Part shown: positions 53,214-61,594 of the stretch, one piece after another
How the letters are laid out: the number at the start of each line of letters is the position of its first letter
Position numbering within the stretch: position 1 is the first letter of the stretch
Assembly (NCBI GenBank): GCA_041695225.1
Contig: JBGFRI010000021.1
Coordinates: 1-61,594 of the forward strand
DNA from: Deinococcota bacterium
GTDB lineage: Bacteria; Deinococcota; Deinococci; Deinococcales; Thermaceae
Length of the DNA: 61,594 nucleotides
Direction: 5' to 3'
Notes under the pieces: model-generated
Seen by the model: the letters and a program-made list of their open reading frames with translations, nothing else
What the model was told of the DNA's origin: nothing
Databases searched by the model: none
Made by a program: the position numbers and the translations under genes

Positions 53214-53744
53214 ATGTCGGCAGAACAGGAGATTCTGGGTCGTTTTGGCGACACAGCAAGCTGCCTAAAGCATCTGGAGCGCACCAGGCGGGAACTGGTG
53301 CAACTTATTGAAAGTCTTAGCGATGAGCAGCTACACAAGCGGCCTGGTGTAGATATCTGGAGTCCGGCAGAGGTATTGGAGCATGTTTTGCTAGTGGAAG
53401 AATCGGTGGGTAAGATTATCCGCCGATTGCGCAAGGTAGCGCTGGGCGAGGCCGATCCCTTTCCTTCCCTGCCGGCTGGTCAGACCCGCCCCGATGGCCG
53501 CCCTCTGGCCCCTCCAGCAATGCAACCCAAAGGAGGGTTGTCCCGTACAGAGCTGCAAGAACGGCTGCAGGCTGTGCGTACGCGCCTGCTGGACGAGGTA
53601 GCCGAGAGCGGCGAGCGCTTGCCTAACCCGCCTACCTACAAACACCCCTTTTTTGGCGACCTGACCGGTTTGGGCTGGCTACAAACCGTGGTCTACCACG
53701 AGCGACACCACCTTCGGCAAATTCAAGCGCGACTAATGCAGTAA
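53214..53744 (+). CDS. DinB family protein
   Basis: WSPAEVLEH, HPFFG and HERHH motifs. Confidence 0.9.
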   Translation: MSAEQEILGRFGDTASCLKHLERTRRELVQLIESLSDEQLHKRPGVDIWSPAEVLEHVLLVEESVGKIIRRLRKVALGEADPFPSLPAGQTRPDGRPLAPPAMQPKGGLSRTELQERLQAVRTRLLDEVAESGERLPNPPTYKHPFFGDLTGLGWLQTVVYHERHHLRQIQARLMQ

Positions 53745-53898
53745 GTCTAAGAATGGGATGTCGGGCATATAAGCTCGGTGGCTCACATCCTAACGGCCAT
53801 GAAAACAGTTAGAGTAGCTTATAGGCCAAGCAGAGAACCAGTCCGTCAGATGTACCCACCCACTGGTTGCTATGCTTGGTTCCAACAAGGAGAGAACC

Positions 53899-54102
53899 AT
53901 GATTCCAAACGTTGGCAGCACAGATCGGCTGGTTCGCTACGCCCTGGCGGTGGTGTTTTTCCTGATAGCCTTCTTTGGCGGCGCCGGAGGCTGGGCCTGG
54001 TTGTTTGGGCTTCTGGGTGTGATTATGATAGTGACTGCTACCCTCAACTTCTGCCCCATCTGGGCGGCATTAAAAATCAACACCAAGGGCAAAGTGACCT
54101 GA
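53899..54102 (+). CDS. DUF2892 (YgaP-like) membrane protein
   Basis: NVGSTDRLVR...FCPIW. Confidence 0.9.
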   Translation: MIPNVGSTDRLVRYALAVVFFLIAFFGGAGGWAWLFGLLGVIMIVTATLNFCPIWAALKINTKGKVT

Positions 54103-54438
54103 CATCCAGCACTACTTTTTTCGCTGCCCGGCCGGGGCTTTGTTTTGAGCCAGGAGACTGGGAGTTTGATACGGAATTCCCATAAATAATCATCACTACG
54201 TGTTCGCGGTTGCTTCGACTACCCCTTCGACTGGCTCAGGGCAAGGCTCAAAACGGCCCTTGAGGTGCAGTAGTCCAGGAATACATGAATGATGAGCCTT
54301 TCCTGCACTGCTGCGATGTCCTTGGCAGCACAAGCGCAGTGGTGACTGCGTCACAGAAATGAATACTGTCTATGTGACGTTAGCATGAGGCGGTCTGCGC
54401 CTAGAAAAACAGCCTCGTTCTAACTGGGTTAGTCTATT

Positions 54439-54729
54439 CCTACCAAGAAACTCCCTCCCGTTTTGTCGCCACTGCTACGGGTAGCTCCTGAAAAGCTCAC
54501 TTTAGACTTTAGCTAAGAAGCTATGGATGGATTGCCAGCCGAGGGCCAGAAGTGTTCATGGGAGCGCAAATACACGAGGCTGCGGCTTCAACCCGCCACC
54601 CTTCCCTCCCCAACAAGGGGGAGGAGATACTCACAACTTTTTCTTGTACATTCTGAAAATGGCCCTACCCAGAAACTCCCTTCCGTTTCGCAGCTATGGG
54701 TGCGCGCAGCTCATGGAAAACTTAATCCG
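54439..54729. repeat. ~280-bp dispersed non-coding repeat, copy 2
   Basis: Matches 12390-12671. Confidence 0.85.
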
Positions 54730-54794
54730 CTATCGGGGTCTGGCCTGCCAGTACCCTGACCATGGTTGAATACACTTGGCTTGGGAGAGCATGT

Positions 54795-56783
54795 ATGTGG
54801 ACATTGGTGCGTACTGGCATTCTGTCAACAGCGCTGGTATTGCTATCAGCCTCTACCCAGACCCCCTCGGTCAAACACCTGGCCTCGACCGCGGCTTGCG
54901 CGCTGCCCTATACTCCGATCTATCAGATCCAGGGCCCCGGCCCTACTGCAGCAATTACTGGTAGCCTGGCTACCAGGGGAGTAGTGGTAGGAGATTACGA
55001 AGGCCCCTCGCCAGCGTTACGGGGTTTCTATCTCCAGGACCCGGAAGGTGACGAAAACCCGGCTACTTCCGATGGCATCTTTGTTTTCAACGGTGACAGA
55101 AATAGTGTTGCACTGGGCGATCTGGTGCGGGTAGAGGGCAGGGCAGAGGAGTTTGAGGGCCAGACCCAGATTAGTGCAACCGCCGTTTCCAGGTGCGGAA
55201 CCGGAACCGTGAGCCCGGTGGAAGTTAAGGTGCCCTTCGCTTCGCGCGACTACCTCGAGCGCTACGAGGGGATGCTGGTGCGGCTGCCGCAGACCCTTTA
55301 TGTCACCGAACACTTTCAACTCGGGCGGTTTGGACAGGTGACGCTATCTTCGGGCGGCAGACTCATGCAGCCAACCAACATCACCACGCCCGGTGCGGCC
55401 GCCAACGCTCTGCAAGCCCAAAACGACCTCAACCGCATTGTCCTGGACGATTCCCTGCAAAACCAAAACCCCGACCCAATTGTCTTTGGGCGCGGCGGAG
55501 AGCCGCTCAGCGCCAACAACACCCTGCGCGGGGGCGATACTGCTACCGGTATAGTGGGGGTGCTCACTTATACCTGGGCTGGCCATCAGGCCAGCGGTAA
55601 TGCCTACCGGGTGCGTCCTATTGGGGCTTTGAACGGTTCGGCCCATTTTGTGGCAGCCAACCCGAGGCCAGCAGCTCGGGCTAAACCCGATGGGGTGCTG
55701 AGGGTGGTGGGCTTTAACCTGCTCAACTTCTTCACCACCTTCGACGGGGCCGGCGGTAGCCCACCCTTCGCCTGCAGCCTGGGGGTCGGGGGGCCACCCA
55801 CCAACTGCCGCGGCGCCGATGATGCAGCAGAGTTTGCCCGCCAGTGGCCCAAGACCATCGCAGCAATTCTGGCCCTGAACCCCGACGTGCTGGGCCTGCA
55901 GGAGCTGGCAAACGACGGCTATGGCCCTGGTAGCGCTATCGCTACCCTGGTTAGAAAACTCAACGATGCCACCGCCCCAGGGCAGTACGCCTTTATTGAC
56001 GTAAATGCTGCTACCGGGCAACTAAATGCCCTGGGTAGCGATGCCATCAAGGTAGGTTTGATCTACCAGCCCGGCCGCGTAACGCCCATAGGGCGGACTG
56101 CGGTGCTCAATACCCCCGTGTTTATCAACGCTGGGGACGGCGTTCCACGTAACCGGGCCTCGCTGGCCCAGGCTTTCCAGCAAAACTCCAATGGCGCCAG
56201 ACTTATAGTCAATGTCAACCACCTCAAAAGCAAAGCCTCTCCCTGCGACCTCCCCGACCAGGGCGATGGTCAGGGCCATTGCAGCACTGTACGTACCATT
56301 GCAGCGCGGCAGCTGGCGGTCTGGCTGGCTACCAACCCCACCGGTACTGCCGACCCCGACATTCTGCTGATCGGTGATTATAACGCCTATGCCCAGGAAG
56401 ACCCCATCACCAGCCTCGAGCAGGCCGGCTATGTCAATTTGCTGAAGACACATCTGGGGCAGGCCTATACCTTTGCCTTTAGCGGGCAGTGGGGCGCCCT
56501 AGACCATGCCCTGGCCTCGGCATCACTCAGCCCCCAGGTCTTGAGGGTGGCCGTATATCACATCAATGCCGACGAGCCCAGAGTGCTCGATTACAACGTC
56601 AATTTCAAGAGCAGCGGGCAGCTTGCCAGTCTTTACCAGCCCGATAAATTTCGCTCTTCCGATCACGATCCGGTAGTTGTGGATCTGAAGCTAGTTGCTG
56701 CGGGTGCGGGGCGCTTCGGCCCCACTGACATAGTATCTGCTTTCAACTCTGCGGCTACCGGCCAATCAGCACCACGTAGATGA
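54795..56783 (+). CDS. ExeM/NucH family extracellular endonuclease
   Basis: Signal peptide, OB fold (GFYLQD), LERYEGMLV, NHLKSK, GDYN and SSDHDPV motifs. Confidence 0.92.
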   Translation: MWTLVRTGILSTALVLLSASTQTPSVKHLASTAACALPYTPIYQIQGPGPTAAITGSLATRGVVVGDYEGPSPALRGFYLQDPEGDENPATSDGIFVFNGDRNSVALGDLVRVEGRAEEFEGQTQISATAVSRCGTGTVSPVEVKVPFASRDYLERYEGMLVRLPQTLYVTEHFQLGRFGQVTLSSGGRLMQPTNITTPGAAANALQAQNDLNRIVLDDSLQNQNPDPIVFGRGGEPLSANNTLRGGDTATGIVGVLTYTWAGHQASGNAYRVRPIGALNGSAHFVAANPRPAARAKPDGVLRVVGFNLLNFFTTFDGAGGSPPFACSLGVGGPPTNCRGADDAAEFARQWPKTIAAILALNPDVLGLQELANDGYGPGSAIATLVRKLNDATAPGQYAFIDVNAATGQLNALGSDAIKVGLIYQPGRVTPIGRTAVLNTPVFINAGDGVPRNRASLAQAFQQNSNGARLIVNVNHLKSKASPCDLPDQGDGQGHCSTVRTIAARQLAVWLATNPTGTADPDILLIGDYNAYAQEDPITSLEQAGYVNLLKTHLGQAYTFAFSGQWGALDHALASASLSPQVLRVAVYHINADEPRVLDYNVNFKSSGQLASLYQPDKFRSSDHDPVVVDLKLVAAGAGRFGPTDIVSAFNSAATGQSAPRR

Positions 56784-56813
56784 CGCTTCACACTGGTAAA
56801 GCCTGGTGGCCAG

Positions 56814-56992
56814 CCATGGAGTAGGTGATCGCATCCCCGAGCATGTTATTCACTCGTCCATGGAGCAGGTGATAGCACCCCGAGCAGATCATTTGCCCGT
56901 TCATGAAGCAGGTGATGGCATCCTCGAGCAGGCCATTCACCCATCCATGGAGTAGGTGATGGCACCCCGAGCATGTTATTCACCCGCCCATA
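56814..56992. repeat. Tandem array of four 43-44-nt units
   Basis: Units start at 56814, 56858, 56901 and 56945; consensus CCATGGAGYAGGTGATNGCAYCCCGAGCA...TTCACCCGT. Confidence 0.9.
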
Positions 56993-57253
56993 TGGCAGCC
57001 CGGAATCATGACAGTTGCGTCTGCCAAACCCCGGTCTTTTGTCTTGTGCTGGGCCTGCCAACTGGGAGCGGAGCTGGAGGGTGCAGCAGAACGGCGGTTT
57101 TATAGGCCAAATGGACGATAGCTTACGCCCAAAACATATTTGTCTCGGCCCTGCTTAGGGCCAGGATGTCAGGGCAGCAGCAGCCCGTCAACGGTATAGA
57201 TTAAGCAACGGACTGGCCGAGGATGGGGGTGATTAATCTATACTTTACTAACT

Positions 57254-58024
57254 ATGAAGCTCGTGCGTTTTGGCGCTGGTCGGTGGGGAATTCTAGAAGG
57301 CGAGATGATTCGCGAGACCGATGGCCCGGCGGGTAATCCCACCGGCGATCGCTATGACCTGGGAGGCGTGACCCTGCTGGCGCCCGCCACCCCCAGCAAG
57401 ATCGTCTGTGTGGGGCGAAACTACCTCGATCACATTAGGGAGATGGGGCACGATACCAACCTGCCCAGTGAGCCGGGTCTGTTCCTCAAGGGGCCCAACA
57501 CCCTGGCCCACCCGGCCAACCCGGCCCGCCCCAATCAGTCCGGCGATGCGGTACCCTATCCCAGCTTTACCCAGCTGCTGCACTACGAGGGCGAGCTAGC
57601 GGTGGTGATCGAGCGGCGGATGCAAAAAGTATCTGAGGAAGAAGCCCTGGACTACGTACTGGGCTACACCTGCGCCCTCGACGTGACCGCGCGGGACAAG
57701 CAAAAAACCGATCTGCAATGGGTGCGGGCCAAGTCGGCCGACAAATTCTGCCCGCTGGGGCCGTGGCTGGTCACCTCGCTACAGCCCCAGAACACTACCC
57801 TGCGCACCTACGTCAACGGCGAGCTGCGTCAGGAGGCCCACACCAGCCTGATGATCTTCCCCGTGGCCAGAATTCTCTCCTACATCAGCGAGTTCATGAC
57901 CTTAGAGCCCGGCGATGTGGTGCTAACCGGAACCCCAGAGGGGGTGGGGGAGCTCAAGCGCGGCGACCAGGTAGAGGTGGCCATCGAAGGAATTGGCGAT
58001 CTGCATACGCGAATTGCGAGCTGA
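57254..58024 (+). CDS. Fumarylacetoacetate hydrolase family protein
   Basis: [20 protein letters not shown] and GDVVLTGTP motifs. Confidence 0.93.
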   Translation: MKLVRFGAGRWGILEGEMIRETDGPAGNPTGDRYDLGGVTLLAPATPSKIVCVGRNYLDHIREMGHDTNLPSEPGLFLKGPNTLAHPANPARPNQSGDAVPYPSFTQLLHYEGELAVVIERRMQKVSEEEALDYVLGYTCALDVTARDKQKTDLQWVRAKSADKFCPLGPWLVTSLQPQNTTLRTYVNGELRQEAHTSLMIFPVARILSYISEFMTLEPGDVVLTGTPEGVGELKRGDQVEVAIEGIGDLHTRIAS

Positions 58025-58033
58025 ACCGAGGGT

Positions 58034-59563
58034 TCAACTCTTCTCTTCAGCCGCCATCTGGGCATCCACAAACAGTGTTTTGCCCTGGGTATAGAGGACC
58101 TGCCCGGGAGCAGCTTTGCGGGGCCGCCAGACGTGCTTTTTGGCGGCATAGTCTACCGGCACATTTTTTTCGCCCCTGGCTCTGGAGTAAAAAGCGGCGA
58201 GCTGGGCGGCATAGAGCAGGTCGGGCAGGGCCGCACCCCGGCCCTGGGTTCGCAGGATGACATGTGAGCCTGCAATGCCCTGGGCATGAAACCACAGATC
58301 TTCGGAGTGGGCCATCCGGGTGAGAAACTCGTTTTCCTTTCCGCTGCGGCCCACCCAGACCTCGTAGCCGCCGGGGCTGTTGAAGCGCAACCCCACCTGG
58401 GGGCCTTTCTCGCGGATACTGCGGTTTTGGGTTCGCAGTTCTTCGAGTGATAGGTGCTCGATACGTGCTAATTTGGCCTCGAGGGCCGCAATCTGAGCCT
58501 GGGTGATGGGCTCTAGCTCGAGGGCTTTTTCGGCGCTGGCCTCGAGGCGCTTGGCCCGCTGATACAACTTGCTGGCGTTCTGGATGGGGGAGAGGCCAGC
58601 CTCCAGCGGAATCTCCACCGTTTGGCCCGAAAAATCCTCCAGCCTGACCGAAACGCCCGGCTCGATGCGGTGCGCGTAGGCCATCAGCAGATCGCCCCAG
58701 GTGCGCAGCCGCTGGGCCTCCCCCAGTCGTTCGATGGCTTTGTGATAGTCCCCCTGGCGGGCCTGCAGGGTCTTGATCTGCCGCCTTAGGGCCTCGCGCA
58801 GGGGTTTGCGCAGGGCCTCGGTCTCCTCCTGCTCCCAAGCCGCCCGCAGTTCCGCCGAGAGGTCGGTGCGCTGGGCAGGCTGCTCCACCAGCCTGTGGAT
58901 AACCCTGTGGACAAGCGGCAGGTCTTCTGGGGTTAGCGGGCTATCGGGGCTCAGGTCGGCGCGGCGGACGAGTTCGGCGCCCAGCTCCTTGCCCACCCCG
59001 TCCAGGTTTTTGATGAGTTGGACAAAGGTTTGGCCCACGAAAGGCGTAAGTTCTTCCAGGCTCAGGGTGCGGGGGTCTAGCTTCTGGTATGGCGGGGGCG
59101 GCGCGTAGGGCAGCCCAGGCCGCAGCTCGCGGAAACGGTTGACTGCCGAGGTGACAGGGCGGTCAATGCCCAAAATCTGCCCCGACAGGTCGCAGACCAT
59201 CAGGTTGGCATTGCGCCCGGTTAGCTCGAAGATCAGCCGGGCCGGGGCCGTGTCCACAAAACCCTTTTCCCCCGCAAACTCCAGAAACACCACCCGGTCG
59301 AGCTTAATCTGCTCGAGCCTCAACAGACGCCCCTTGCAGCGGGCCTCGAGCAGCCGCTGAAAAGGGGTTTTGGCCTCGCCTTCCACACGGCCTTCTTCCA
59401 GCGTAAGGATGGGGCTGGGCGGGCGGTAGCGCAAGACCAGGTTGCCCAGGCTTTCCAGAAGCAAAGCCGCCGTGCCCTCGTCGGGGAATGCCCAGCCCAG
59501 GCCGCGCAGGGGCAGCCGTGCCGCCAGACCGCGCACCACCGCATGAATCAGCAAACCTTCCAC
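58034..59563 (-). CDS. rqcH: Rqc2/RqcH (NFACT, FbpA) family protein
   Basis: ELTGRNAN, coiled coil, VGRSGKENE and WFHA...GSHV motifs. Confidence 0.88.
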   Translation of the reverse strand: MEGLLIHAVVRGLAARLPLRGLGWAFPDEGTAALLLESLGNLVLRYRPPSPILTLEEGRVEGEAKTPFQRLLEARCKGRLLRLEQIKLDRVVFLEFAGEKGFVDTAPARLIFELTGRNANLMVCDLSGQILGIDRPVTSAVNRFRELRPGLPYAPPPPYQKLDPRTLSLEELTPFVGQTFVQLIKNLDGVGKELGAELVRRADLSPDSPLTPEDLPLVHRVIHRLVEQPAQRTDLSAELRAAWEQEETEALRKPLREALRRQIKTLQARQGDYHKAIERLGEAQRLRTWGDLLMAYAHRIEPGVSVRLEDFSGQTVEIPLEAGLSPIQNASKLYQRAKRLEASAEKALELEPITQAQIAALEAKLARIEHLSLEELRTQNRSIREKGPQVGLRFNSPGGYEVWVGRSGKENEFLTRMAHSEDLWFHAQGIAGSHVILRTQGRGAALPDLLYAAQLAAFYSRARGEKNVPVDYAAKKHVWRPRKAAPGQVLYTQGKTLFVDAQMAAEEKS

Positions 59564-59619
59564 GCTCAGGAGTCTAGCGGACTCCAGACCCCACGCCCAC
59601 CCTGTTTGAGTGCGTGGGT

Positions 59620-59864
59620 GTAAATCACAAACAAAAGGGCCGGTGCGGAGGCCGCCACATTGCCCTGAGTAGCCAAATGGGATATATAAGCCCGGATCTC
59701 TCGACCCCCATAGCCTTAGGCTGGCGCTTGCGATGAAAGCGAATGAAGTCTATCATGTAATACACATACGAGGTTTCCGTGCGTCGGCTCATGTGCTTCA
59801 AACGCAGGACATTTCGAACCTAGTTCAGAAAAGGAGACAATTGTATGGAATACCTTTTCGGCAT
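59620..59864 (-). pseudogene. intI: Integron integrase N-terminal remnant
   Basis: MPKRYSIQLSPFLN*VRNVLRLKHMSRRTETSYVYYMIDFIRFHRKRQPKAMGVE / frameshift / IRAYISHLATQGNVAAS..ALLF matches the IntI N-terminus. It has a stop, a frameshift and a truncation. Confidence 0.85.
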
Positions 59865-59909
59865 CTCGCCTATTGACACTGCGGCTTATCTCTCCAAACA
59901 GGATGAAAT

Positions 59910-59941
59910 TCCGCAAATTGCGGTTTAAACAAGAGTTAGAT
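59910..59941 (+). other. Putative attI site
   Basis: GTTTAAACAAGAG/TTAGAT, upstream of and divergent from intI; resembles attI1 CTAAAACAAAG/TT. Confidence 0.65.
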
Positions 59942-59973
59942 GCCCGACAAGTTTCGGAACTCAGGAGGTTCGC

Positions 59974-60345
59974 ATGGATGATCAATCCCCAAAATCACTC
60001 GAACGAATATTGGATATCGAGAAACTGGTTCGCTTTTCAGACGAAAGGGCAACCGTCCGAGTAATCAGCGTGACAAAAAAATCGAGCATTGCTGTCTGGG
60101 GTGTTCGTCCAGGCCAAGAGGTCCCGGCTCACACACATCCAGATGGGCAAGACACCTGGATAATGGTCAGAGGAAAATTGACTTATTATTTGGGGAACGG
60201 TGAAAAAAGGACCATCGCAGCGGGGCAAATCGACATTGCGGAAGAGTCCCAGATTCATGGGGCCATCAACGAAGAGAAGGACGATGCTGTGTTCCTATCG
60301 ATCTATTCGGCACCTAGCCTCAAAGTAATTCCTGCTGTGCCTTAA
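59974..60345 (+). CDS. Cupin-domain protein (gene cassette 1)
   Basis: PGQEVPAHTHP...IHG; low GC; AGGAGG ribosome-binding site. Confidence 0.88.
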   Translation: MDDQSPKSLERILDIEKLVRFSDERATVRVISVTKKSSIAVWGVRPGQEVPAHTHPDGQDTWIMVRGKLTYYLGNGEKRTIAAGQIDIAEESQIHGAINEEKDDAVFLSIYSAPSLKVIPAVP

Positions 60346-60369
60346 CGAATTGAGAGATGGAATTTGGGT

Positions 60370-60435
60370 ATCTAACCATTCATCGCACCGGACGCTCGCC
60401 TAGCGGCTCGCGCCGGTGAATTCACTCCGTTAGGC
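60370..60435 (+). mobile_element. attC site of cassette 1
   Basis: R'' ATCTAAC...R' GTTAGGC with internal CACCGG/CCGGTG palindrome. ATCTAAC complements the cassette's own start, GTTAGAT. Confidence 0.88.
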
Positions 60436-60452
60436 ATCACGAAATCGCCGCC

Positions 60453-61004
60453 ATGCCCACCGTCGTCGCCTTCCTCCGAGCGATCAACGTCGGAGGCCGC
60501 TTCATCAAGATGGCCGAGCTGGCTTCGCACTTCAGAGCGCTCGGTCTTGAGGGCGTCTCAACCTACATCAACAGCGGGAACGTCCTGTTCAGTACTCGAG
60601 CGCGGAATCTCTCGAGGCTTGCCGAATCGATTGAGCGTGACCTGGAGCCCATGCTAGACTTTCGGTCGGAGGTCTTCCTCCGCTCCTCATCGGAAGTTCA
60701 CGCAGTCGCCACCGCTGCCATGGATCATCGGTCACTCATACCAGCGTCTGGCGAGGTGAATGTCGCCTTTCTGAAAGCGCCCTTGTCGCCAGCGCAGTTG
60801 GCTGCATTGCAGGCACTGAGAACGGAACTCGATGAGTTCGCTCACAGCGGGCGCGAGGTCTACTGGCTGTGCAAAGGTAGCCAGATGGACAGTAAGTTCT
60901 CCAGCGCTCTCATGGAGCGCAGGCTGCAACTGCGCTGCACGTTCCGCAGGGTCAGCATGCTTGCCAAGCTCTCTGCGCAGCTTCGCGCCGCAGGTGACGC
61001 CTAA
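60453..61004 (+). CDS. DUF1697 family protein (gene cassette 2)
   Basis: AFLRAINVGG...TYINSGNV; stop codon lies inside the attC R'' box. Confidence 0.9.
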   Translation: MPTVVAFLRAINVGGRFIKMAELASHFRALGLEGVSTYINSGNVLFSTRARNLSRLAESIERDLEPMLDFRSEVFLRSSSEVHAVATAAMDHRSLIPASGEVNVAFLKAPLSPAQLAALQALRTELDEFAHSGREVYWLCKGSQMDSKFSSALMERRLQLRCTFRRVSMLAKLSAQLRAAGDA

Positions 61005-61098
61005 CCCCTCGATGGAGCCGACCCGGCCAGCTGGGGCGTAGAGCTTATCTTGGAGTATCCTACGAGTTGGCCAGGCGCTAAGCTCGAGGCCGTTCTGT
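60999..61098 (+). mobile_element. attC site of cassette 2
   Basis: R'' GCCTAAC complements the cassette start GTTAGGC. CCTCGA...GGCCAGC / GTTGGCC...TCGAGG arms; GTT at 61092. Confidence 0.8.
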
Positions 61099-61119
61099 CA
61101 ATAAAAGAAAGGAGGTTCA

Positions 61120-61338
61120 ATGATAGCTGAATTCACAGCAATTATCGAAAGAGCACCTGAGGGCGGCTACTGGGCCATTTGCCCGGAGATTCCCGGCGCC
61201 AACGGGCAAGGGGAGACCATCGAGGAAGCCAAGAATAGTCTGCGGCAGGCTATCGAATTGATTCTGGAAGAACGCAAGGCGGATATCCTTGGTGGACTGC
61301 CTGAAGACGCCATCCTGGAAAAGGTGCTGATTGGGTGA
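61120..61338 (+). CDS. hicB: HicB-family antitoxin (short form)
   Basis: GGYWAICPEIPGANGQGETIEEA. Confidence 0.9.
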   Translation: MIAEFTAIIERAPEGGYWAICPEIPGANGQGETIEEAKNSLRQAIELILEERKADILGGLPEDAILEKVLIG

Positions 61339-61475
61339 AACGGCGAGACCTGGAGCGCAAATTGCGGATCGCTGGTTGCTATTTGAAACGGGAAGGCGCT
61401 TCTCACTCCCTCTGGATCAATCCGAAACCGGGGTTGTGGAAGCCGTTCCACGGCATACCGAGATCAAAGAGCCAT
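61335..61475 (+). pseudogene. hicA: HicA toxin, frameshifted and truncated
   Basis: GTG start; KRRDLERKLRIAGCYLKREGASHSLWINPK / frameshift / TGVVEAVPRHTEIKEP, then interrupted. Confidence 0.82.
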
Positions 61476-61594
61476 TGAGGTGGACCCCTCTGTCAAGACA
61501 GAATTCTGGCCTGGTCTAAGCGACACTCCCTCCCTTCCATTAGTATTGCATGAGGCTTGGTTTGGACGTTCTGGATGACCGGCTGGGTTGAACC
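61476..61594 (-). mobile_element. Terminal end of a probable IS3-family element
   Basis: TGAGGTGGACCCCTCTGTCAAGACA begins with TG and resembles IS3-family inverted repeats. It abruptly replaces the hicA tail. Confidence 0.55.

Noticed and set aside
56814..56992. CRISPR array
   Set aside because: Units are similar along their whole length with no unique spacers, and no cas genes are present.
58894..58914. TGTGGATAA/TGTGGACAA pair inside rqcH
   Set aside because: Lies in coding sequence (LVHRVIHR) and may be coincidental.
59716..59985. 89-aa minus-strand ORF from the track
   Set aside because: Wrong frame; the IntI-like sequence is in other, broken frames.

Overview
This is a GC-rich bacterial chromosome segment, most likely Thermaceae (Meiothermus-like). 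That assignment is inferred from the 16S 5' end, Thermus-type PheS/PheT and many -10 boxes sitting directly before start codons. It starts inside the 5' end of a minus-strand 16S rRNA gene and carries mostly housekeeping genes (rsmI, pfkA, msrA, RNase H, pheST, CCA enzyme, dck/dgk, tRNA-Arg(CCT), gatB, purM, aguAB, meaB, pyk, ftsH, fabI, rqc2) plus three toxin-antitoxin pairs. Main observations: (1) An identical 41-nt Y-shaped element (TAGG...CCTA) occurs four times, always in the sense orientation, always exactly between two codons and without a target duplication. In three genes its precise removal restores an intact ORF. Similar Y-shaped micro-insertions occur in pheT (42 nt, in frame) and inside a repeat. 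(2) A second family of ~44-nt CCATGG-anchored units disrupts a RidA-like gene and resembles a nearby tandem array. (3) The right end holds a decayed integron: an intI pseudogene, an attI-like site, two attC cassettes and a hicBA unit hit by a probable IS3-type element. (4) pheST has a Phe-codon leader-peptide attenuator, and there is a DnaA-box triplet away from dnaA. All protein calls come from motif recognition; no database searches were run.
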